Below, one piece after another: positions 1 through 8,290 of a stretch of DNA of 64,000 bases; position 1 is the stretch's first letter; the number at the start of each line of letters is the position of its first letter. The notes under the pieces were generated by a model. It saw nothing but the letters and a program-made list of their open reading frames with translations, did not search any database and was not told the DNA's origin. The DNA lies in the IMG/VR virus record IMGVR_UViG_3300045988_135522; one strand, written 5' to 3'. A program made the position numbers and the translations under genes. The stretch is from a virus.

Positions 1-2
1 GA

Positions 3-662
3 CTACCCAAGGAGGAAGCTAAGATACACTCAGGAGATTCTTCATGGTTATTGACTTCGATAACCAATCCCCGTATCATAAAGAACATGAAAAGGCTGAA
101 GGAATCAGAGAATAAATGGGATAAAGACCTTTATGCTCTGATTCTTGAGTTTGATAGGTGGAATAACTATCGAATAATGCCTCGGGTATTGCAAGCTCCT
201 ACTGCATATAAAAGGAGGTCTACCAAGAAAGGTAAGGTGTATCTGTCCTACTTACACAGAATCCCAGACTTCAAGATAAGGCAGTTAATAACCGAGTATT
301 GGAAAAATGGACCATCAAGTAGGAGATACTTTACAGCTATTGTATCAGAGGAACTCTTCCCAGAAGAGGGTTATGGAGTGATGCCCATTAAACGTGAGGA
401 TGATACAATTAAGGCTATAACTGATTTAAGGATATACATATTCGAGAGTCAAACCATTGCAGACACCTTCGGGTTATTGGCAACCCAATATTTTGAAAAA
501 ACAGTGGACAGTAAAGGGGGCTTGAAGTTCTGGAAAGAATACAGGGAGGTCATACAGAAAGCTATTAACTACAAATCAATAAATAACATGGACTTTACCT
601 GTGAAACTCTAGATACAGCCTATAAATTACGCAGGAAAAGAACTTTGAGAACGAACTCTTAG
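3..662 (+). CDS. hypothetical protein (5' end outside window)
   Basis: The frame is open from the window edge to TAG 660-662. The tracked start at 51 is only a TTG. No domain recognised. Confidence 0.5.
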   Translation, partial: LPKEEAKIHSGDSSWLLTSITNPRIIKNMKRLKESENKWDKDLYALILEFDRWNNYRIMPRVLQAPTAYKRRSTKKGKVYLSYLHRIPDFKIRQLITEYWKNGPSSRRYFTAIVSEELFPEEGYGVMPIKREDDTIKAITDLRIYIFESQTIADTFGLLATQYFEKTVDSKGGLKFWKEYREVIQKAINYKSINNMDFTCETLDTAYKLRRKRTLRTNS

Positions 663-679
663 AATTTTTATATAATTAT

Positions 680-710
680 TTTGCAACTTCGAGAAATTTA
701 ATTATATTTG
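680..710 (+). promoter_or_regulatory. Bacteroidota-type promoter (TTTG / TAnnTTTG)
   Basis: TTTG 680-683, 19-nt spacer, TATATTTG 703-710, 40 nt before ATG 750. Member of the repeated promoter family. Confidence 0.55.
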
Positions 711-749
711 TATAACGAAATAAGAAAATAATTTTATACCTATATAAAT

Positions 750-1319
750 ATGCGCAAAAGTAAGAAAAAAGACAAAAGACCGTTAAAGCTCAACAAGGAG
801 AAGCTAAAGGTCATGGGAAGTGGGTTAGAAAATATGACCTACAAGGATATGAAGAGAAGAGCAGTTGCTCTTGGGATGCCTTTCCCTGATGCTTGTTCAG
901 CCGACTACAATGGACTATCTTCATGGATTCACCATTCGGATAACAAGCCGGATAATGCTCTCATCGATGAATATGATAAGTGGATGGACCAGCAATTAGA
1001 ACTTGCTGGATATCCAAAGGATGACCCGATGAGGAATTATCAACTCAATCTTGGGTTCATCGGTGAGGATGCAGTCACTAAACAGAAAAAGACCAAACGG
1101 GTAAAGGGGTTGGAGAAACCCAAAAAACCCAAGAAAGAAAAGGATGATAATGGTCTTTGGAAAGGAACTAAGAAATCCTACGTATTCGAATTAACCTATA
1201 AGGGGTTATCAATCGACCGAATTACTCGGAGAGTGCAAAAGAGATTCCCGGATGCCAAAGAGAAATCCATTCAGCAATGGTATCGGGCAGCCCTCCGTAA
1301 ACAAAAAAATAATGGATAA
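750..1319 (+). CDS. hypothetical Lys-rich protein
   Basis: 189-aa ORF behind promoter 680-710. MRKSKKKDKRPLK N-terminus and a KPKKPKKEK tract. No family recognised. Confidence 0.6.
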   Translation: MRKSKKKDKRPLKLNKEKLKVMGSGLENMTYKDMKRRAVALGMPFPDACSADYNGLSSWIHHSDNKPDNALIDEYDKWMDQQLELAGYPKDDPMRNYQLNLGFIGEDAVTKQKKTKRVKGLEKPKKPKKEKDDNGLWKGTKKSYVFELTYKGLSIDRITRRVQKRFPDAKEKSIQQWYRAALRKQKNNG

Positions 1320-1569
1320 GGTATTTATAATAATACAAGCCATAACGGGGGCTTTAACCATAGTCATATCGCTTGGGAGTGTATTTATTTTATATCCTTT
1401 GAAACCCTTACACTACCCGTTTAAGCCAACCAATGATAGAGATAAAGAGGATAGGATATATAATATGACCTGTTCTATAACCTTAATTATATTGATAGTG
1501 TCGATTTTGGTATTCATTATAGTTAGGGCACTCAGGTTATATTATGGATTCATAGACAGTTTTATTTGA
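1312..1569 (+). CDS. small membrane protein
   Basis: ATG 1312 overlaps the upstream stop (ATGGATAA). Two hydrophobic helices (VFIIIQAITGALTIVISLGSVFILY; ITLIILIVSILVFIIV). The tracked start at 1252 was trimmed. Confidence 0.5.
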   Translation: MDKVFIIIQAITGALTIVISLGSVFILYPLKPLHYPFKPTNDRDKEDRIYNMTCSITLIILIVSILVFIIVRALRLYYGFIDSFI

Positions 1570-1570
1570 T

Positions 1571-2398
1571 ATGCCCATAGTTTATAGGTTTAAGAATGAT
1601 GATGACTTTGAGGAATCATGTTACAGATTGGGAATTCCTTGGGTACCTCCTCAGATTATAAAATTAAGCCGAAGAAAGAAACAAGAGTGGCAAAGGAAAG
1701 TACTCTGCGGGAAAATCAAGGTTCATAAATATAGGGAAAGGAATAAACGCTTTCTGGATAGATACCGGGAATGCTTAAAAGAAGCTACCTGGATTAACGG
1801 AGTAGTAGACCCGGATTCTCTGCCCCCCGATGTAAGAGCATACTTTTTGGAAAAGAAGAGGAGGAGAGAATACCACAGGAGATTCGGAAAAGTTATCAAA
1901 GAAAGGGACTTAAAGATTTACCTTCATAAATGGTATCCATGGTCTTATAACTACAAAGGAGAACCAGCAGTAGTATTACAGGGATTCTATTCATTGAAGG
2001 CTGCTCGAAAAAGGTTTTTAACTTATTATGGTAGAGAGAATCTGAAAGCAGTACATTGGATAAAAGGGAAAACAGCACTGGAGAAGAAGTTTGTTATAGG
2101 TCAATCTCTACTAATTGCTGGGAGAAGAAAAAAGCCGATATCTAAGATACTGTTAACCGAGGTATACAGAAACTCAAAGTCTTCAGCCCAAAGGGAGTTA
2201 GGGAAAAGAATTGCTCGGAAAAAGAGACTCGGCTCTCAACAGAAAGAAAAGTACTTTTTGAACTTGGTAGATAAGTTTAATTATGGAACAAAAGAATATA
2301 GAACTGTTCTCAAGCCTATTCCAGAAAAGCTTATTAAGCTATCGAAGGCTAAAGAGATTGAGTCCAAGAGAAAGAAGGCTCTTTACGAAGAAGAGTGA
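1571..2398 (+). CDS. hypothetical basic protein
   Basis: 275-aa Arg/Lys-rich ORF starting right after the previous stop. No family recognised. Confidence 0.6.
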   Translation: MPIVYRFKNDDDFEESCYRLGIPWVPPQIIKLSRRKKQEWQRKVLCGKIKVHKYRERNKRFLDRYRECLKEATWINGVVDPDSLPPDVRAYFLEKKRRREYHRRFGKVIKERDLKIYLHKWYPWSYNYKGEPAVVLQGFYSLKAARKRFLTYYGRENLKAVHWIKGKTALEKKFVIGQSLLIAGRRKKPISKILLTEVYRNSKSSAQRELGKRIARKKRLGSQQKEKYFLNLVDKFNYGTKEYRTVLKPIPEKLIKLSKAKEIESKRKKALYEEE

Positions 2399-2825
2399 TT
2401 TAACCTGGGACCAATTGAAAGTTGCCTTAGCATATAAGGCTATAACCAAACGTTCTGCTATTAGTTCCATAAGATGGACTAAAAGACATTGGTCAGAATA
2501 TCAAGAGGCAGTATTAAGAAGGTTGGGTGGAATGCCAATGGTGAGAAGAAGACTTGAACAGAAGTTTATTCTCAAAGAACTATTAACCCAGGGATTTGTA
2601 CCAATATCTCAGTTCAGGATGAAAACCAAAACTGGATGGTATGCCTATATAATAACTAATCAAAAGGTATGCGGAGAACACTATATCTACCCTGAACACT
2701 TTGCACATGATTACCGAGCAAATAAAAAAGGCTACAGATATATAAGCGAAGCTTTTTCAGGGATAGGACAGGAAGGATATACAAGAATCTATTATACAGC
2801 ATATAAAAATGGTTATGCAAAATGA
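2283..2825 (+). CDS. hypothetical protein (start uncertain)
   Basis: The tracked ATG overlaps the upstream gene by 116 nt and the next in-frame Met is about 83 codons in, so the start is unresolved. Confidence 0.4.
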   Translation: MEQKNIELFSSLFQKSLLSYRRLKRLSPRERRLFTKKSDLTWDQLKVALAYKAITKRSAISSIRWTKRHWSEYQEAVLRRLGGMPMVRRRLEQKFILKELLTQGFVPISQFRMKTKTGWYAYIITNQKVCGEHYIYPEHFAHDYRANKKGYRYISEAFSGIGQEGYTRIYYTAYKNGYAK

Positions 2826-3082
2826 CGGTAGTAAATAAAAGGGAACCAGAAAACCCATGGGATGGAGTAAAACTCATAGTGGGGGTTAAAAGGTATTATA
2901 CCGAAAATGATAATGCGGTAGATGATACCTACACTCAGGAAGGTGAACCGTTTGAGGTAAAAAATCAGAATGAATTCACTCAGAAAGTAGAAGCTATCAG
3001 GGATAAAAACGTATTCTTGAAAGCTATGGCAGTCCAAGAAAATAGAGAGATATACACTCAAAAGTTTATCACGAAACTATAA
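2822..3082 (+). CDS. hypothetical protein
   Basis: 86-aa ORF with an ATGA start/stop overlap with the upstream gene. Confidence 0.5.
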   Translation: MTVVNKREPENPWDGVKLIVGVKRYYTENDNAVDDTYTQEGEPFEVKNQNEFTQKVEAIRDKNVFLKAMAVQENREIYTQKFITKL

Positions 3083-3122
3083 TCAATCAAACATTTTTCA
3101 AACACCTTTAATCAATTCAATT

Positions 3123-3644
3123 ATGGCAAAGAAAAAAGCTGCAGCAAAAGAGGTAGAACGTAAGGTTCTCGGTAATGGAGTTATCCTCATCAAATACGAT
3201 GACGGTTCCTATGCAATCCTGACTCCCATCTCGGCAGAAGATGCCGAGGAAATCTTCGGTGGGGAATCTGAGGACTCGGATGACGAAGATGAAGATGACG
3301 AGGAGGATGAAGACTCCGACGAAGATGACGAAGATTCCGATGAGGAAGAAGAGGACGAAGACGATGAGTCAGATGAAGACGAGGATTCGGACGACGAAGA
3401 TGAGGACGAAGATGGCGACGAGGATGAAGATGAGGATGACGAAGTGACCCCGGAGGATCTGGCCGGGATGGACTTCGAAGCTCTCGAAGACCTCTGCGAC
3501 GACAAAGAACTCGAAACTGACCCCGATGAATTCGACGAGGAAGACGTCGAGAAACTTCGCAAGGCGGTGGCCAAGGAACTGGGCATCACTCTGCCCAAGG
3601 CAAAGGCCGCATCCAAGAAGGATACCAAGAAAAAGAAAAAGTAA
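3123..3644 (+). CDS. polyacidic protein (Asp/Glu tract) with Lys-rich termini
   Basis: 173 aa. Residues 48-107 (nt 3264-3443) contain only D/E/S/G. MAKKKAAAKE N-terminus and KKDTKKKKK C-terminus. GC-rich codon usage unlike the neighbouring genes. TTTAATCAA leader at 3107-3115. Confidence 0.7.
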   Translation: MAKKKAAAKEVERKVLGNGVILIKYDDGSYAILTPISAEDAEEIFGGESEDSDDEDEDDEEDEDSDEDDEDSDEEEEDEDDESDEDEDSDDEDEDEDGDEDEDEDDEVTPEDLAGMDFEALEDLCDDKELETDPDEFDEEDVEKLRKAVAKELGITLPKAKAASKKDTKKKKK

Positions 3645-3767
3645 GGGTCCTTCTGACTATAACCAAATCCAAGGGCTCCCCGGGAATCGTCAAATGCCCA
3701 CCTCCATAGGCTATGACCAAACATTCGGGGATGTCCTTATCAAGAAAACCATTTAATCAAACATAAT

Positions 3768-4199
3768 ATGGCAACCAAGAAGAAAGACAAAGCAGCTGAG
3801 GCAAATGCTGCAGCAAAAGCAGAAACGAAAAAAGGCGGTAAGAAAGAACTGACCGCAGAAGAGAAGAAGGCCAAACGAGAGGCCATGAAGGAGCGACTCA
3901 AGAACCGGGCACCTGGTCAGCGACCGAACAGCAAACAGTGCGATATCATCGACCTGGGCGGTGGAAACGTTGCAAAGACCTTCGCCATGAACGTCCGGAA
4001 GTACGGAGTTCTCATCACCTCGGTCGTAACCGACAAGGACGGCAAAGTTATCGCCGTATCGAATACCACCATTCCGGGGGTATCGGTTAAATCCAAGAAA
4101 GAGCACGGCACCCTGGTACCGAAGATGCCCGGCATGGGTAAGAAAGGGAAGGCTGCCGATGTCGAGGATGACGACGAGGACGAAGACGATGAGGAATAG
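3768..4199 (+). CDS. Lys/Ala-rich protein with acidic C-terminal tail
   Basis: 143 aa. MATKKKDKAAEANAAAKAETKKGGKK N-terminus and DVEDDDEDEDDEE tail. GC-rich codons. TTTAATCAA leader at 3752-3760. An in-phase antisense ORF (3753-4106) shows TTA/CTA/TCA codons are avoided. Confidence 0.7.
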   Translation: MATKKKDKAAEANAAAKAETKKGGKKELTAEEKKAKREAMKERLKNRAPGQRPNSKQCDIIDLGGGNVAKTFAMNVRKYGVLITSVVTDKDGKVIAVSNTTIPGVSVKSKKEHGTLVPKMPGMGKKGKAADVEDDDEDEDDEE

Positions 4200-4246
4200 G
4201 CCCGACGCTGCCTAACCATTTCGGACATCATTACTTGAGTCATGCA

Positions 4247-4290
4247 GGGGAGGCCCATCCGGAATACGACCGGGGGTTCTCCCCATTTTT
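4247..4290 (+). terminator. hairpin terminator
   Basis: GGGGAG(4247-4252)...CCGG/CCGG...CTCCCC(4279-4284) followed by ATTTTTG. Confidence 0.55.
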
Positions 4291-4300
4291 GTATAAGGCC

Positions 4301-4528
4301 ATGCAAGACGATGACAGCATTATATACCTGGCATTATGTAACCAGCTGCAATCATATCAGCTGTTGCTAGAGGAAGAAAAAGATATCTCTGAAGAAAATA
4401 GAATGATGACAGAGTATATTATCTCTAGAACAGAGGAATTGATTGATAAGTATGCCCAGAAAATAGGAAGTGACACCACTATTCAAAGACCTCAATGGGA
4501 CAATTTAACTCCTCCGTCAAAGGGTTGA
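4301..4528 (+). CDS. hypothetical protein
   Basis: First ATG after terminator 4247-4290. The tracked start at 4235 is a TTG inside the terminator, so it was trimmed. 75 aa. Confidence 0.45.
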   Translation: MQDDDSIIYLALCNQLQSYQLLLEEEKDISEENRMMTEYIISRTEELIDKYAQKIGSDTTIQRPQWDNLTPPSKG

Positions 4529-4554
4529 TATATCGGATTAAAGAGCTAACCAAA

Positions 4555-4875
4555 ATGGTTCAGGATATAGATACAAGGTTATCCATGCCTGGACTGTCTC
4601 CCGGTAAAAGGCAGGCTTTAATCAAGGATAAAACCCTAAAAATAGGGAAGGTAAAATCTTTGGCAAAGCGCATAGAAGATTTGGCCAATGGGAACATCTT
4701 AACCATAACTTTTGAAAACAAAGATTCTGGTGAAAGGTACAGAATTGTATACACTAATATCTCTCAGGATGATGCTGTTGCCCATCTTAAGTTGATGGCA
4801 AATCTTCAGGGGATGGAAATAATCATCTCAGAGGTAAAGGAAGTACAGACCAAAAACTCCTTAACCAAACTATAA
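4555..4875 (+). CDS. hypothetical protein
   Basis: ATG 4555 is the first ATG after the upstream stop at 4526-4528. 106 aa. Confidence 0.5.
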   Translation: MVQDIDTRLSMPGLSPGKRQALIKDKTLKIGKVKSLAKRIEDLANGNILTITFENKDSGERYRIVYTNISQDDAVAHLKLMANLQGMEIIISEVKEVQTKNSLTKL

Positions 4876-4924
4876 ACATGCAAAGGTAATTCAAACCAGT
4901 TTTTATTTAATCAACTCAACAACA

Positions 4925-5494
4925 ATGGCAAAAGACATCAGCAAGAAGGACCTGGCCGCAAAGAAAGCACGCAGGGCTCAGAAGGAAATGCTGGCCTACA
5001 TGGAAGAGAATGATCTCGACCCCAAGAAAGATTGGACGGGCCACAAGAAGCATGGAAAGAAAATTCAGGCATGGATAGACATCATCAATCTTGGGAACAA
5101 AAAGGCCAGGGCAGCTACGGAAGAGAAGGCCCTAGAGAAGGCAAAGAAAAACCAGAAGCCCGAGGCTCATCCCAAGAAGGAAAAGGTCACCAGCACTCCC
5201 AATGCCTACGACTACCCAATGGTAGATGGCAAGGAGATGACCTCTGACCAGAAGAAGAAGTACCGCCAGAAGATGCGTACTCTTCTGAAAACCATGTCCA
5301 AGGAGAAGGCCGAGGCCGAAGGCAAGAAGTATGCTGCAGAGCTGGCTTCAGGTACTTCGGTAGCTCCCAAGAAGGAGAAGGCAAAGAAGGAAGAGCCTTC
5401 CAATAAGGAGAAGTCCAAGGAGAAGAAGGCCGACAAACCTTCGAAAGAAGGCAAGGATAAGAAGAAGAAAAAGGTTTCCAAAGAGGAAGATTAG
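4925..5494 (+). CDS. Lys-rich protein
   Basis: 189 aa, roughly one third Lys. GC-rich codons. TTTAATCAA leader at 4906-4914. Carries the YDYP...KKKYRQKMR motif also found in the 8291-8719 product. Confidence 0.7.
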   Translation: MAKDISKKDLAAKKARRAQKEMLAYMEENDLDPKKDWTGHKKHGKKIQAWIDIINLGNKKARAATEEKALEKAKKNQKPEAHPKKEKVTSTPNAYDYPMVDGKEMTSDQKKKYRQKMRTLLKTMSKEKAEAEGKKYAAELASGTSVAPKKEKAKKEEPSNKEKSKEKKADKPSKEGKDKKKKKVSKEED

Positions 5495-5523
5495 TATTTC
5501 ATAATTGTATGGCTTCTTTCCTG

Positions 5524-5555
5524 ACCCCGGATTATTCTATAGTCCGGGGTTCTTT
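5524..5555 (+). terminator. hairpin terminator
   Basis: ACCCCGGA(5524-5531)/TCCGGGGT(5543-5550) followed by TCTTTG. Confidence 0.6.
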
Positions 5556-5589
5556 GTTAGATATACCTCAAAAACTCCATTGAATTTTA

Positions 5590-5621
5590 TTTGCATATTA
5601 TTATATAAATTTATATATTTG
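5590..5621 (+). promoter_or_regulatory. Bacteroidota-type promoter
   Basis: TTATTTGCA with TTTG at 5590-5593, 20-nt spacer, TATATTTG 5614-5621, 44 nt before ATG 5665. Confidence 0.65.
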
Positions 5622-5664
5622 CATAAAGATAAAAATAAATATAAACCCTAAAAACTAAAAGATT

Positions 5665-5952
5665 ATGATGAAGTCACTAGCTATCGAGTTATTTAAGGAT
5701 GAGAATTCTAAACCTTATTCTTTCAAGAGCAAAGCCATGGATAGGGTATGTTTTGAAGGTGGTGATAAAATTCCAGATACTTTCAATAGAATACGTATTG
5801 CCCCTTTCGGAGAGAGTACTAGAAATTCTGAGCACCTGATAGAAATAATCCTGAGCCAAGAAGGGTATATTTATATGGTAATACCCGAAGGATATACCAT
5901 ATCCAGACTAGTTGGAGGCGAAATCAAGCTAATACCTAATAGTAACAAATAG
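5665..5952 (+). CDS. hypothetical protein
   Basis: 95-aa ORF, first gene behind promoter 5590-5621. Confidence 0.6.
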   Translation: MMKSLAIELFKDENSKPYSFKSKAMDRVCFEGGDKIPDTFNRIRIAPFGESTRNSEHLIEIILSQEGYIYMVIPEGYTISRLVGGEIKLIPNSNK

Positions 5953-6417
5953 ATGGAAACAAGAATTACCAGAAAGTCTATCAAGATCCACTTAAAAAGA
6001 CCATTATCCGCCCAGGAAATTTGGAATCGGATAATGGACATTCAAATTCAGGCGCTGGAATCCCTTTTAGAGGATAAGAGCTTAGATAAATGGAAAATTA
6101 TATTCCCCTGCTATGGGACTTCTCTAGAAGCGGTGGAATCCATGGCCAGAGAATATATAGCTGCCTTTCAAAGGGTTCAGGGAGATACCTTTAATAATAG
6201 GTATGAAGATATTGAAGATATGCTGATGAATGGGTTGAATAATAGATGGTTAAATACCCTGATGAGTACACTCTATATGATGGAAGAGGATTTAATGGAA
6301 ATGAGTTCTGATTCTGTCTTCACTCTCTGGGATATTTTCTTCACATGCCAGGCATTGCGTAAAGAAAATAATGTGGTAGCTATGGGACTTAACACTTTTG
6401 AGCTTAAAAGACAGTAA
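5953..6417 (+). CDS. hypothetical protein
   Basis: 154-aa ORF abutting the previous stop. Confidence 0.6.
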   Translation: METRITRKSIKIHLKRPLSAQEIWNRIMDIQIQALESLLEDKSLDKWKIIFPCYGTSLEAVESMAREYIAAFQRVQGDTFNNRYEDIEDMLMNGLNNRWLNTLMSTLYMMEEDLMEMSSDSVFTLWDIFFTCQALRKENNVVAMGLNTFELKRQ

Positions 6418-6419
6418 AG

Positions 6420-6647
6420 ATGAAAGAAACATTTAACATCACAAGTTCATCCAGGATAGAGAAGATAGTGATGGATGATGAAACCCGGGATATCATTATC
6501 ACCTTCAAAGGGGAGAAGGTATACCGATATCATTCAGTATCTGAATTCGATTTTAAGACCTTCAAGGAGGATATCCAAAACGGAGAATCCGTGGGTAAGA
6601 CCTTTGAAAAGAGAATCCGGAATAAATACGCAGGCAAAAGATTATGA
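6420..6647 (+). CDS. KTSC-domain-like small protein
   Basis: SSSRIEKIVMDDETRDIIITFKGEKVYRYHSVSEFDFKTFKE...SVGKTFEKRIRNKY matches my recollection of the KTSC pattern (I..v.yD...L.v.F..G..Y.Y..V....f......S.G.yf...I). Confidence 0.55.
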   Translation: MKETFNITSSSRIEKIVMDDETRDIIITFKGEKVYRYHSVSEFDFKTFKEDIQNGESVGKTFEKRIRNKYAGKRL

Positions 6648-7063
6648 AAAGATATTACACACCAGACGGAGAACCAGATGAGGCCAAGACCCTTTGGGAA
6701 GCTGCAAAGAGGATGATAATAGGAGTATCAGCCTTCTGCGTAGTATGCATACTGTGGGAGGGTAAAACAGTTCCACCCACTCCTGATGCAACTCTTCACT
6801 GGAAAAACTGGGATGAATCCAGGCATTTATCCGAGGTAAAGAGTTATGATTACTCTAAAGGTATTATTCATTATCGAGATGAATATACCGGAGAAAGGCC
6901 CAAGGAGTTAAAACTTCATGGGTCTTCTGGCAGTTATGGTTCTGGGATAACTTTACAAGTATCAGGGGCATCAGTATACTTGGATATGGATGTAGAGGAA
7001 TTACTGGACCAGTTAACTGAGGATGCGGACTTCTACGAATACTTTGAAAGAAACATGGATTGA
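6644..7063 (+). CDS. hypothetical protein with one TM segment
   Basis: 139 aa. ATGA overlap with the upstream gene. Hydrophobic MIIGVSAFCVVCILW segment. Confidence 0.55.
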   Translation: MKRYYTPDGEPDEAKTLWEAAKRMIIGVSAFCVVCILWEGKTVPPTPDATLHWKNWDESRHLSEVKSYDYSKGIIHYRDEYTGERPKELKLHGSSGSYGSGITLQVSGASVYLDMDVEELLDQLTEDADFYEYFERNMD

Positions 7064-7064
7064 T

Positions 7065-7409
7065 ATGGCAGGGATAGTAAGATTCAAAGTAAACAAATAC
7101 GTTCACGGTACCAGAAGTAAAAATGTATTCGACTTCAAACCAAAAGCTCAGATTCTATTCGAGGGGGAACGTATTGGTCACATAATAGACCGAGAGGTTT
7201 ATTTCTACATAAGGGTAAAACATGTGCAGGGAGAACCTGAATGTATGGAATGTCTCAACTACACTCCGGAATTATGGAATACCTTTAGTACTCATCGGGA
7301 GGCAAAGGATGTAGTAATAAAACAAGCAGAGTCAATATGGAAAACTCTGGACATATATCATCGACTTAAAAACATTCAACCAACATACGGATTATGGGAA
7401 AAAAAGTAA
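7065..7409 (+). CDS. hypothetical protein
   Basis: ATGGCA at 7065 directly follows the upstream TGA (7061-7063). The tracked start at 7023 was trimmed. Confidence 0.55.
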   Translation: MAGIVRFKVNKYVHGTRSKNVFDFKPKAQILFEGERIGHIIDREVYFYIRVKHVQGEPECMECLNYTPELWNTFSTHREAKDVVIKQAESIWKTLDIYHRLKNIQPTYGLWEKK

Positions 7410-7717
7410 AGCAAACAAACAGCTGGATATGGAAGAAAGTATTTGGTATGACTATCCTTGGATGGATAAACATCCTGATACTACAATGGTTATTTATCAG
7501 GTTGTCATATCACTGGGTATATGTAGACCCTGCAACAGATGAAGATGCTAGAGTAGATACTTTTTGGGACGATGAGAAACAGCAATTTGTTGCAAAAACT
7601 TTCTACTACTATGCCATTATCGGGTGTATTTTACCTCTATCGGGGTGGTGGGGAGACTATGTAATGCCGTTCAAATTCAAATGCCGTTTAACCAAAGTAA
7701 GGGAGTACTTTGAATAA
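7394..7717 (+). CDS. hypothetical membrane protein
   Basis: 107 aa with hydrophobic segments (VFGMTILGWINILILQWLFI; YYYAIIGCILPLSGWW). Confidence 0.55.
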   Translation: MGKKVKQTNSWIWKKVFGMTILGWINILILQWLFIRLSYHWVYVDPATDEDARVDTFWDDEKQQFVAKTFYYYAIIGCILPLSGWWGDYVMPFKFKCRLTKVREYFE

Positions 7718-7727
7718 TTTTTAGAGT

Positions 7728-7910
7728 ATGAGCACTGTAGAGTTTAAGGCTGCATGTGTAGCACATCGCAAATGTTGTCCATATAAAGCCACTGGTATGA
7801 CTAAATGCGGGGCCAACGAGAATCTTACACCAGATGGCAAATGTTCTATTAAGGATTGCCATTACATGACCTCGTTCAAAAAGATACTCAAAAAATTATC
7901 CGAGAAATGA
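7728..7910 (+). CDS. small Cys-rich protein
   Basis: 60 aa with 6 Cys (CVAHRKCC...C...C...C). Confidence 0.45.
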   Translation: MSTVEFKAACVAHRKCCPYKATGMTKCGANENLTPDGKCSIKDCHYMTSFKKILKKLSEK

Positions 7911-8080
7911 AGCCTGTAAGAGTATCAACTATAGAGGAAATCAAAGATAGGCTTATGGACCCTGATGCTGTAGTGGAAAAAGCCATTGAAGAAAGTAGTG
8001 GGTACAAGTGGGCACCAGATATATCCATACATTACTTTAGCCAATACCGTAAACGAACCTCTAAAGAATTTAGAAAATAA
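7907..8080 (+). CDS. hypothetical protein
   Basis: ATG 7907 overlaps the upstream TGA (ATGA). The tracked start at 7856 was trimmed. Confidence 0.45.
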   Translation: MKPVRVSTIEEIKDRLMDPDAVVEKAIEESSGYKWAPDISIHYFSQYRKRTSKEFRK

Positions 8081-8112
8081 TTTGCAGGGATTAATATTTA
8101 TATCTATATTTG
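8081..8112 (+). promoter_or_regulatory. Bacteroidota-type promoter (upstream copy of a tandem pair)
   Basis: TTTG 8081-8084, 20-nt spacer, TATATTTG 8105-8112. Confidence 0.55.
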
Positions 8113-8194
8113 CATAAACAATAAAAGGGAAAAGCCACAAGAGGTTAACACACTAGAAGCCAAGAACACAACCTCAAAGAAAATGATAAAAATA

Positions 8195-8226
8195 TTTGCA
8201 TATATAGAAAAGTTCTTCTATATTTG
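8195..8226 (+). promoter_or_regulatory. Bacteroidota-type promoter (downstream copy of a tandem pair)
   Basis: TTTG 8195-8198, 20-nt spacer, TATATTTG 8219-8226, 65 nt before ATG 8291. Confidence 0.6.
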
Positions 8227-8290
8227 CATTAGGAAATAAGAAATAAAAAGAACTTTTTAATTTAATGTCAAACTTTTAACATTGTAAGCC

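Noticed and set aside
1252-1311. N-terminal extensions of tracked ORFs that overlap upstream genes or control elements (starts at 1252, 4235, 4495, 7023, 7856, 12077, 51842 and 55754).
   Set aside because: In each case an internal ATG lies at or just after the upstream stop codon (often an ATGA overlap), or downstream of a terminator or promoter. The shorter form is more plausible, and coordinates were trimmed accordingly.
2656-3061. Antisense ORFs at 2656-2877 and 2813-3061, plus similar short out-of-frame or antisense ORFs (for example 1896-2078, 6475-6681, 6864-7106, 7677-7862, 7925-8140, 9422-9685, 11685-12126, 26294-26590, 29092-30190, 44011-44280, 46744-47046, 53709-54311, 59040-59596 and 60410-60799).
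   Set aside because: All are nested inside longer co-directional genes that have better context (tight packing, recognisable motifs), and their products are hydrophobic or low-complexity strings typical of random frames in AT-rich DNA.
3209-3724. Ser-rich 171-aa antisense ORF, plus the Lys/Met/Thr-rich alternative-frame ORF at 3241-3447, across the polyacidic gene.
   Set aside because: Both are by-products of the (GAN)n low-complexity repeat, which lacks stop codons in several frames. The sense D/E frame has a proper start context (ATGGCA) and non-repetitive termini.
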